From positions 360,013-380,012 of the forward strand of contig RSEE01000064.1 of assembly GCA_003971905.1 (NCBI GenBank): DNA of 20,000 bases, written 5' to 3'. Origin of the DNA: Moniliella sp. 'wahieum' (taxonomy: Eukaryota). Of the stretch, positions 11,264 to 20,000 are shown piece after piece. A program made the translations under genes and the position numbers. Positions within the stretch are counted from its first letter, which is position 1; each line of letters starts with the position of its first letter. The notes below the pieces were generated by a model. The model was not told where the DNA came from. It searched no databases and saw only the letters and a program-made list of their open reading frames with translations.

Positions 11264-12511
11264 ATGGGCGCCAACGCTAACACCGATCTCTCGGTCAGCG
11301 ACACCACAATGGTGAACAAGCGCGATTACTGGACACCAACCGGTCGCGATCCGCCACCGATTGGCACCGACAACGAGGAACTCATGATGCTTTGCGCCGA
11401 AGCGCACCTGTGGTTCAAGAAGACGAACGACATCGATGTCGTTAAAGAGAAGATCAACAGAGCTATACACGACAGAGCCGAGTGGCTTGGATGGAAGGAC
11501 GAACCTACGTCTATCACGACAAACTGGGTTCGACGGGCTACGAATTTTGTGGTGCAAAACATCCACCAAATGGAAACTCAACCCAACGCAACTTTGGGGG
11601 CACCTACAGGCGCAGCCTCGCGACCCGAGTACGACCTTTACAGATCACTACGCGAGTCTCCCACCAAGAATATCAAGTGGCCTGATCTGAACAAAGACCC
11701 GTCCGCCTACAGCGCTTGGGAAGACGAATTTCTCTTCGCGATAACAGATGCCCACCCCCACGCAAGCGACGTCGTCCAGAATGGTCGCAGCTCCCGCTAC
11801 TTCACCGAGGACCTCGACAGACGCTTGCACAACCTTCTTAGGGAAGCCATGCCGTCAACCCTCTTCCGGACGATCCGCACCCACCACGAAATATCATGCA
11901 CCCAGGACACGCTGAACATGCTGCGTCAGCGGTATGGATATACGCCTACCGCAAACAGAGGGCCTCTACTCATTCGCTACTTTTCGGCCGACCAAGGAAA
12001 CCGATCGGGTCGAGACTACCTCGACTACATGGAAGAGATCAGTGCAAGCCTGACGCGAGCGGGCATCCCACTTACGGAAGAGCAGGAACGCACTGGGATC
12101 CTACTCGGCTTACGCGACATGAGCATTCGCCAGCGTGAAGAGCGCTCGAGTCTAGACAAGTTACGGCAGGCCGTGATGGACATACCAGCCGCCACGTATC
12201 CCGGTGGAGAAAGGAAGAGAAACGGAGGCAAGCCGGTCAACGGAGGAACGCCTTGGACTCGACCCGACAGCGGGGGACGACCCACCAGCGGGGGAAAAAA
12301 CTCCAGCGGGGGCAAAGCCGGCGACGACAACCTCGCGGACACAAAGACCAAGGGGCAAGACCGCACCAACCAACCCTGGCGCAGCGCGACGTCTAATAAA
12401 CCTGTTGTCCCTCCGCGCAACCCAGGCCGAGCCAACGCTCACGTCGCTCAGAGAGCGAGCTCTCCCGAGTCTGAAGTGATTGACGTTGATGCGGGCACAG
12501 CTGACTACTAG
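11264..12511 (+). CDS. gag: Gag (415 aa)
   Basis: ATG in ACCATGG context 54 nt after the LTR. Helical capsid-like region (YSAWEDEFLFAI...LNMLRQRYG...YLDYMEEISASLTRAGIPLTEEQ...LLGL) and a basic G/K/R-rich tail. Ends at TAG 12509-12511. Confidence 0.85.
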   Translation: MGANANTDLSVSDTTMVNKRDYWTPTGRDPPPIGTDNEELMMLCAEAHLWFKKTNDIDVVKEKINRAIHDRAEWLGWKDEPTSITTNWVRRATNFVVQNIHQMETQPNATLGAPTGAASRPEYDLYRSLRESPTKNIKWPDLNKDPSAYSAWEDEFLFAITDAHPHASDVVQNGRSSRYFTEDLDRRLHNLLREAMPSTLFRTIRTHHEISCTQDTLNMLRQRYGYTPTANRGPLLIRYFSADQGNRSGRDYLDYMEEISASLTRAGIPLTEEQERTGILLGLRDMSIRQREERSSLDKLRQAVMDIPAATYPGGERKRNGGKPVNGGTPWTRPDSGGRPTSGGKNSSGGKAGDDNLADTKTKGQDRTNQPWRSATSNKPVVPPRNPGRANAHVAQRASSPESEVIDVDAGTADY

Positions 12512-15500
12512 GAACTCGGGGGCGAAATGCGAATCATCCGGGCATTATATGACAGTGGGGCATTCCCATCCATTTGGAAAGACAAATCCGTCTTCACATC
12601 CATGACCCCTTGCGACGACGAGATAGAGGTTGCTAACGGGACACATGTAAAGGCGGAAGGACGAGGCACGGCCACAATCCGTATCCGATGCTTAGGAGGA
12701 CACCAAATGGAGATAAAACTCCCCAACAGCCTATACATGCCCCGTTTCAGCCGAAATCTCGTCAGTGTAGCACACCTGTCGAACACCGGAATCGCATCAT
12801 ACTTCGCCCCACACCAGAAGGGTATCTGGCTTGGTAACCCAGGATCCACCCTACGAAAAGTAACCGGCAGTGACTATCAATTCACGATCTTACACAACCC
12901 GCGAACGCCACCCACACCCCTGCGGGCCATGGCGACCAAACCGATCAAACCGGCCGACCCACCCTCAACCCCAAACTCCCTCGCAGCATCCCTGGCCCTG
13001 GACCACGTCTCTAAAGCCCACAAACGCTGGAACCACGCAGCCATCGACCTCCTCCCCTGGCTTACACGATCGGAAACCGCAGGCCTCCGCGTCACAGCCA
13101 AGCATATCTCCCTCTGTCGTTCAGAGTGGGATTGCCCAACATGCGCGGTGGCACTAGCGACAGCATCGCCCCATCCGAGCCGGGACCGCCTCCGATCCAA
13201 AAGACCTTTCGAGGTCCTCCACGTCGACGTAGTAGACCTCCCCCGGGTAACCGGCATGGGGCACGGATACGCCCTCGTCGCCGTTGATGACTTCACGCGG
13301 TACGTCTTCACCACAGCGATCCCGACAAAGGGCGCTGCAACGAAGGAACTGCGGAACCTCATATTGCGGGAGCAACGCTACGGCCCGGACAGACTGCTGC
13401 GGACTTTGCGCACGGACAACGCCCCCGAATTGACAAGCGCACTGCAACCTTTTCTGGACGAGCAAGGCATCACGTCAGAACGGACAATCCCGGGGCAGAG
13501 TGCTAGCAACGGTGTGGCTGAGCGTGCCATCCGAACCATAACGACTCGTGCAAGGCAGTTGCTCTTGGGTACAGGTCTTCCGACGTCGGACTGGTGGGAA
13601 CACAGCCTCCACGCTGCGTGCTTCACCCAAAACCAAATGCCACTCAAAACATCCGGGGAAGACAACAAATCGCGATTTGAGCGATACAAAGGCCACGCAT
13701 ACTCGTTACCGATGCAACCCTTTGGCCGCGTTGCATACCTCCATCTGCCCGAGTCACGCCGCGAGCACAAGCTCAGCGGCGGGCAGAGGAAGGTATGCTG
13801 GTAGGATACCACCATCAGCGCGGATCAAAGGGATGGCTCTTCGCCACATACCAACCATCCCTGGGTACCTTCACCTACCGCTGGTCGAAACCGTACAAAT
13901 GGGGCAACGCCATCTACCCCCATCTCCACCCCGACCACTTCCCACCCGACATCTCCAAATCACCTCAAATTAAAATCGACAGTGAAAAAGACGCTAACCC
14001 TACTCCGCCAGCCGCGGCAGCACCCATGCCCCGAACCGCCGCCACACCCCAGACACCCGCTCCCACCACCCCCCCTCCGCGCCGCTACCCCCTCCGCCAG
14101 CGCACCACCCGCACCTCCCTCGACCTGCACACACTCCCAATCGCTGACGACCCCACCGACACGACCTACCATGCTCGTGCTGCAGCCGCCACGCCCCACT
14201 GCGCCGCACCAGAGATCGGCATCGCCCGCCCCCTACCTGACACATCCGCCCCCCCGTTTGCCGACACAGTTCAACCTCCCGAATACGCCGCCATGACTGC
14301 TCTCAGCGCACCCATCCACCCGGACACGGTTCAGCTCACCAAGGATGGCGTACCCCTCGCTCCCAAGACGCTCAAGGGTCTCGAGACTCACCCCTCCTTT
14401 GCCATGGTCAAGCAGGCTATGGCCGACGAGGTGGCCACACTCGCGCGATACGGCACCTACGAGGCTACGTACCCACCACCGGGTGCACAAATCCTCATAG
14501 GACTATGGCGCATCACCACAAAGACGGACGCCGAGGGCCGGTTCCTGCGCCACCGCGCGCGCTTTGTCGCGGGCGGACACCAACAATCGGCCGAGACTTG
14601 GGGCCAGACGTTCGCACCATCGGTGCGCACACCTGCCATCCTGACCCTCGTCGTGCTGGCCGAGAAGTATAAGTTTGGCCTCTTCTCGGCGGACGTCAAT
14701 GCAGCGTACCTGAACGCCCCCCTCGAAGAAGCAGTCTACATCCGCCCACCCCCCTACTTCCCCGAAGCGGGTGGTCGCGTGTGGCGTCTCAAGAAGAGTC
14801 TATACGGGCTACATCAGAGCGGAGCAAACTGGGCACGATACATCCGGAACCTGCTGCGTGACAAGCTCGGCTTCACGCAAAGCTTGACCGAGCCCTGCTT
14901 GTTCGTGCGCGCTGCACCACCGGGTGAGCAGATCCTCCTGGCGGTCCACACCGACGATCTGCTCCTCGCATGCAAGTCACACCAAAAGTACGAGGAGTTT
15001 ATGGCCGAGATAAACACACACATTGATGTTCGTGGTAACGGTCCCCTTCACTACCACCTGGGATGCCAATACGATCGGATCGGTGGGGAGCTGTACCTGA
15101 GCCAACCAAAGTTCATCGAGGAAGTGGTGGCAAAGCACCACATCAAAGCCCCGTGGATCCGGACTCTCCCACATCCCGTACGGATGATACCGCCCCGTGC
15201 CGACCCTGAACCCCCATCCCTCCCAGCCTTGCGCAAGGCATATCAGGGGAAGATCGGATCGGGACTGTGGGCTGCACGAATGGGCCGGCCTGACTCCCTC
15301 TTCGCTATCACGGCCCTCAGCAGAGCCGCTGCCGACCCATCGCAGCAGCATCATCAAGCAGTCGATGACTTCCTTCGCTACCTGTACCATACTCGAGGAA
15401 AGGGCCTGAGGTTGACCCCAACATCAGATGCACCGGCCATTGCGCTGTATACAGATTCCGACTTGGCGGGAGATCCCATCCAGGCACGCTCCACATCTGG

Positions 15501-15951
15501 ATGCCTACTGATGGTGTACGGTGTGCCGGTGTCGTGGCGATCCATTCTTCAGCCGAAGAGCGTTACCAGTACCGCCGCCGCCGAATATACGGCAGGATAT
15601 GATGGACTGGTTGACGCCAACTATGTCAAGAACATCATGATCGAGCTTGGGGCCATCGGCGAGGGTACACCCATTCATTGGTATTGCGACAATAAGTCTG
15701 TCGTCGATCTCGCCCACAAATTTGGCAGCACCGGCAAGCTCCGAGAGCTGAAGATCCGGTACCACAATGTACGGCAACACGTGGACTCGGGCGAGGCCAT
15801 ACTTGTACACATCCCCGGCGAAAGGAACCCAGCGGACGTCCTCACCAAGCCTCTCGGCCGTCCCGCCCTGACAAGCCATCTTGCTCAACTCCGCGTCGAG
15901 GAGATGGATCCAGTCCACATGACTGGGCCCTCCGGTCAGCGGGGGTGTTGA
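12512..15951 (+). CDS. pol: Pol polyprotein (protease, integrase, reverse transcriptase, RNase H); one apparent 1-nt deletion near 13780
   Basis: PR YDSGA and SRNLVSV; IN HKRWNH..CPTC, LHVD, RTDN, NGVAER; RT RARFVAGG, DVNAAYL, LKKSLYGLHQSG, HTDD; RH YTDSD, AAEY, CDN, NPADVLTK. Stop TGA at 15949-15951 lies inside the 3' LTR. First ATG is at 12527. Confidence 0.95.
15939..15945 (+). other. Short polypurine tract GCGGGGG abutting the 3' LTR
   Basis: G-run directly 5' of TGTTG, the expected plus-strand priming position. Confidence 0.7.
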
Positions 15952-16105
15952 CATCCGTCCTAGGACCGCGCGGACCCTGAGTCACGTGAGTCAGCTTTCA
16001 TTCCTTCCGAGCTCGCACCAGTCTTCTGGACGAGTCAGTCGCAGAAGCTTCTTAGTCCAATACGACGTTCAGTGCTCACATTCTGTGGTAGTAGCGAGGC
16101 CGACA
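15946..16105 (+). repeat. 3' LTR (160 bp)
   Basis: Direct repeat of 11050-11209, followed by TAACC. Confidence 0.97.
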
Positions 16106-17960
16106 TAACCAAGTAGCCTTGTTGAGCCACCGCTGTCGCTTCGCGCACAGCCGACTCAAACGCATCCCGACCACTCACAATGTGGTCCGCTGCAAAGCTC
16201 CCAACACAGCGTCGGATCGCGGTGGTAGAGCACGGCAGCGGCCAGACCAATGGCCGCCATGCTTTCTTTGGGCGAAGGTTCGGTGAGTAAGTTCTTCGGG
16301 TCCAAGTCGGGCAATTGATGGGCCACGGCAGGCGCATGCGCTGCGCCCGTCACAATCATCATCCGACTCGGACCGGCTAGGGGCAACGACGGTCCCACGT
16401 GCCTTGCAACAACGTCCGTCCGGCCCCGGTCAGGTCCAAGAGAAACTTGGGGTAACTTTCACGGCTCAAGGGCCACAGACGCGTACCTGCCCCACCGGCG
16501 GGAACGACGCACCACAAGTTGAGCGTGGGCGAGGTGGCGAGCAGCGGCGCAGGTTGGCTCAGCGTCGTAGGTAGTGACAGGTGCGGCGCCATCAGGTCCG
16601 CAACGCCGACCGAGTGGGAGCGCGGCAAGCCCGGGCGCACCAACGGGACGCCGAGCGGCGAGCCAGGCACAGGTCCCGCACCCAGCGCGGCGCTAAAAAG
16701 GGAGACTGCGATTGGTCTCCTCGAGATGGTCCATACGGCTGTGCAAGCCGGCGACTTGGGTTTGCAGGTTCTGCAGGCCAGCCAGGATGAGCGCGAGCGG
16801 GTCCTGCTCGGCTGGACTGGAGCCATTGGCGGGGGACGCAGACGGCATGGAGGGCAGCTACGCTGGTTGGTGGTAGGGAGGTGGGGCGAGCAAGGCGAGC
16901 AAGGCGGGGGGGGCGAGAGGGGAGAGGGCGAAACGCAAGAAGAAAACGCGCGCCGAAGGCTGGGACCACAGGACCAAACGGGACAAGTGCCCGTGTGGGA
17001 TGGCGGCGAAGAAGGGGAGGCGGAGGAAGGCAGGGTGCAAGGGGCATCGACACGCTGGCGCGGCACTTGGCCTGCTCCACGTTTCACCTGCACCGCGCCG
17101 CGCAGTGCGCACCGCACGGGGGCTGTGTGTGCGTGCCCAGGAACGCGCTGGGCGCCGCTGGTCGACACACTGCGCTGGTGCCACGGCAGCCCTGCTGCGG
17201 CACGGGCACGGCGTGGCACAGCATGGCACCACAGCACAATGCAACGCTTAACCCAAGAACCAGTACCTCGCGCTCGCACTCGTGCTCGCGCAGCGGCGCA
17301 GCTGGCGGGGCTGCGCGCTCCAAGTTGGCCCGGCTGGTAACCGCCTCTTTGTCCTCTGCAAGGCAACGTGGGCTTAACGTTCCCTTCGACTGCTGAAAAT
17401 GTACCCGCAAGGTATGAACTCCAAGATGAGCCCCAGTAGCGGGGGAGGGGGTCAAACTCTTGACGCGCTTCGAAATAGTTGAAAGTGATTGATGCTGAGG
17501 GAGTGCTAGAGTGCGTGGACTGACGGTATATGTTGGCCCTCTACGGTCCCGTACGTAGCGCTAGGCACTACCTTATTGTCATCCCCCCATTTTTGACCTC
17601 CGGGAGCCTATATGCTTAGACAGCGGTTCTTTTGGGACCCATATTTCCTCCCGGTGTGGTACGTGCATGAGAAGCGCATATCAGACCTCGAGACCACAGC
17701 TTCGTCTTCGATTAAATTATTCCATGCCCAACTTCTTGGGTTCTCATCCAGTCGTACAAGGCACACTACATGGGGGCAAAAAGCGCGGCAATAACAAACC
17801 AGAGACGCGTGTCGGAGCGATGTCTCTATTACGCCATCCTTCACCCCTGATATGTGTTGCACATCTGTGGCATCGCCTCCATCAGGTAATTGATCTCGTA
17901 AATCATATTAATGAACTCCCGGACTCATAATCTGCTCGGTGGTTCCCTCGGCCACAGAAG

Positions 17961-17980
17961 CCCCCCCCCCCCCCCCCCCC
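17961..17980. repeat. C20 homopolymer
   Basis: Twenty consecutive C; exact length is unreliable. Confidence 0.85.
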
Positions 17981-17992
17981 TTCATACAGCTC

Positions 17993-19561
17993 TGTCAGAC
18001 TCACGCCGTGCTAGGGGCCCCTTGGCCACTAGACCCGTATGGGCACTATGGCGTGATTCTTATCAGTTGGGAGATCCTGTGTCCACCTCTCGACTGTGCC
18101 CCCTTCCTGAGGAGGTACATATACCTCCTCTGCGTCCATAGATGTATGCAATCCATCTGCGCCCTTCCCCCATCTCCGTCTCCTGTCAGGTTAGATCCCA
18201 CTCAGCCTTCCAGGCTCGCGAGCCCCCGGCGGACATCTCTCCTCGGCCTCGGCCGCCCTCCTCCCCGCCCCCGATGTCCGCCCGTCCGCACGGCACACTG
18301 CCGCCGTGCGCTGACTTCTACCAGGACGCCTTGCAGGTCGGCGTCAGGCCCCTCACCCCCCCCCCCTGTGGCCGCTGTCCCCCACGCGGACCCCCTCCCC
18401 GCCACGGCGCGTGAGCCGGCCCCTTCCGTTCCGGAATCCCCTACCCCTGGCCTGGCCGTGACCGACGCTCGCGCCCTCGTCACGGCCACTATTCAGGCCC
18501 TCCTCCCCTACCTCAACTTCCCCGCCCACCCCACCCCTGCTGCCCGCCGCTCCGCCACTCCCCCCTGCCCCACCACGAGGCAACCCCCGCGGACGCCGCC
18601 TTCTCCGGCAGCATTCTACCCCATTCCTCCCGGACGTCATTGCCCCCAACACTGCCGCCGCCATTGCTGTTCCCTCTCCCGGTCCAAGCACGCCGCCGCT
18701 GTTGGCCTCGCTCACGTCCTCCCTTACGGTCCGCCCCTTACTGCCCCCTTCATAGGGCATGTCCCGCGGACGCTGCCAGCTCCGGCAGCCCCTCTTCTCC
18801 CCCATTTTCCCCCCAAGTCGCGCCTCGGGATTTCGTTTCCCCTGCCGTTCATCTCGGCCACCTCGCGCGTTCCCCAAGTAAGCCACTGACGTCTTCGGTA
18901 GGCACCTCGTGCCACTCCTCCCCCCTATTACCAAGGCGCAAAATTGCTTCGCCCCTTTGCCCCGCAAGCCCGCTGACCCGCTCGGTCGCTGCCCTGCTGT
19001 TCGGGACGCCATTGTTGCACGCGTCAAGCTATGGCATGAACGTGCCATGCATCTTCCCGTTCACAAGCTTCCGGGGCTCACCGCGGCCCTCTCACCCCCT
19101 GAGCGAGTTACGCACGATGACGTGCTCGCCGTGAAGGCCGCTGGCTGGCACTGCCCGGCGTGTGACTTAGTTCCCTCTGAACCAATGCCACCCTTGCCTC
19201 AGCTGGGCCTGCAACAGCCATTTCCCTTGCACACGCTTGCTGCTGACGTGTTCGACGACTTCGGCACCTCTCCCAGCGCAACGTGTGCTCTCATCGTCCA
19301 AGACCATGACTCGCGTTTCATCTGGTCTATCTCCCTCAAGTCCAAGACAGACGCCGCTGATGCACTGCAAGCCCACATTGAGTCTCTCGAGCAGCAATTC
19401 TCTTACAAGGGCATGCCCACCCACCCATTCAGGGTTGAGACAACTTTTGACTGGAAGACCACGGGAGTGAGTTAGTTTGAGTAGCCCAAGGCTGTAGCTA
19501 TCCACCCCTACCACTCTCACTGATGCGACGCCTGGTCTTGGTGTGTCGGGGGGTGTGTCAG
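17993..19561 (+). mobile_element. Truncated or internally deleted copia-derived element of a different family (candidate LTR 17993-18188; ORF about 18274-19475 with partial integrase)
   Basis: ORF 18909..19475 has WHERAMH...CPAC (HHCC) then LHTLAADVF...LIVQDHDSRFIWSISLKSK (integrase core N-half) but no later DN/E motifs. Upstream is a TGTCAG...CTGTCA segment followed by PBS-like GGTTAGATCCC. Outer boundaries are inferred. Confidence 0.6.
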
Positions 19562-19920
19562 GCATGGTGGAGGGTGAGGGGGGTGAGGGTTAGGGTGGGG
19601 TGGGTGAGGGGGTGAGGGTTAGGGTGGGGTGGGTGTAACTTTTGAACGGGGCGTCGGATGGGAAAACGGAGGGCATATGCTGCATAGAGCGGACGATTTC
19701 GTAGCGAGCTATCGTCGAGGCCATCGGGGGGGTGTGTCAGGCATGGTGGTGTCGGGGGGTGTGTCAGGCATGGTGGTGGGTGAGGGGGGTGAGGGTTAGG
19801 GTGGGGTGGGTGAGGGGGGTGAGGGTTAGGGTGGGGTGGGTGTAACTTTTGAACGGGGCGTCGGATGGGAAAACGGAGGGCATATGCTGCATAGAGCGAC
19901 GATTTCGTAGCGAGCTATCG
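19546..19920 (+). repeat. Subtelomeric direct repeat, two copies of about 170 bp (19546-19714 and 19752-19920) plus a partial head copy between them
   Basis: Each unit is TCGGGGGGTGTGTCAGGCATGGTGG, then two roughly 30-bp blocks of TGAGGG/TTAGGG/TGGGG, then a tail TAACTTTTGAACGGGGCG...GTAGCGAGCTATCG. Confidence 0.92.
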
Positions 19921-19976
19921 CCTCGGCATAACTCTCTCCCCTTCGGGTAGCTCGCTATCTACCCTCGGCCCTCCCC

Positions 19977-20000
19977 TAGGGTTAGGGTTAGGGTTAGGGT
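19977..20000 (+). repeat. Start of telomeric (TTAGGG)n tract
   Basis: TAGGG(TTAGGG)3T running to the window end, G-rich strand oriented 5'->3' outward. Confidence 0.88.

Larger units (their letters stand above)
11050..16105 (+). mobile_element. Full-length Ty1/copia LTR retrotransposon (5,056 bp), antisense to the host gene
   Basis: Two 160-bp TG...CA LTRs, a 5-bp TSD, and gag followed by PR-INT-RT-RH (copia domain order). Confidence 0.98.
10363..16848 (-). pseudogene. manC: Bacterial-type mannose-1-phosphate guanylyltransferase (ManC/RfbM-like GDP-mannose pyrophosphorylase) interrupted by a copia insertion
   Basis: 5' half (16848-16106): VVPAGGAGTRLWPLSRESYPKFLLDL, EPSPKESMAAIGLAA, SFAADH. 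3' half (11044-10363): TIGIAPSYPSTGFGYI, EKPD, YRWNGGMF, IAIDHAVAE, GWDDVG, GVDDVVVIDTPDALLV. Removing the element and one TSD restores ...GYLVTIGIAP... in frame. Confidence 0.9.

Noticed and set aside
13775..13804. Programmed -1 frameshift between ORFs 12527..13804 and 13795..15951
   Set aside because: It falls inside a conserved integrase C-terminal motif, has no slippery heptamer, and one added base restores the motif. An indel error or private mutation is more likely.
10363..16848. Bacterial contamination explaining the manC-like gene
   Set aside because: It is contiguous with intron-containing fungal genes, carries a eukaryotic LTR insertion with a TSD, and has a non-bacterial N-terminal extension.
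17400..17950. Short ORFs in the AT-richer segment upstream of manC
   Set aside because: No recognisable motifs or codon bias; left unannotated.
19546..19920. CRISPR-like repeat-spacer array
   Set aside because: Eukaryotic context, and the intervening sequences are themselves duplicated rather than unique spacers.
19500..19976. Hammerhead ribozyme or Penelope-like telomeric retroelement terminus
   Set aside because: A stem followed by GAAA exists on the minus strand, but there is no CUGANGA core (only CTGATGCG on plus) and no PLE RT sequence.

Overview
Eukaryotic DNA, most likely from a compact GC-rich basidiomycete fungus (inferred from GTACGT...YAG introns, gene content and TTAGGG). It appears to be the last 20 kb of a right chromosome arm, ending in (TTAGGG)n. 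Five host genes all lie on the minus strand: EMG1/NEP1, a mitochondrial-type prolyl-tRNA synthetase, an Icp55-like Xaa-Pro aminopeptidase, a CYSTM protein and a bacterial-type (ManC-like) mannose-1-phosphate guanylyltransferase. The last of these is split by a very recent, full-length 5,056-bp Ty1/copia retrotransposon (11050-16105) with identical 160-bp LTRs and a TAACC target-site duplication. The element has several unusual traits: gag and pol are in the same frame separated by one TAG, the primer-binding site is non-canonical, Gag has no zinc knuckle, and the RT motif is HTDD. A second, truncated copia-derived segment (about 17993-19561) runs directly into a duplicated subtelomeric repeat containing telomere-variant hexamers, then the telomere. 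Host genes carry many single-base frameshifts, probably long-read assembly errors, so their boundaries are approximate.
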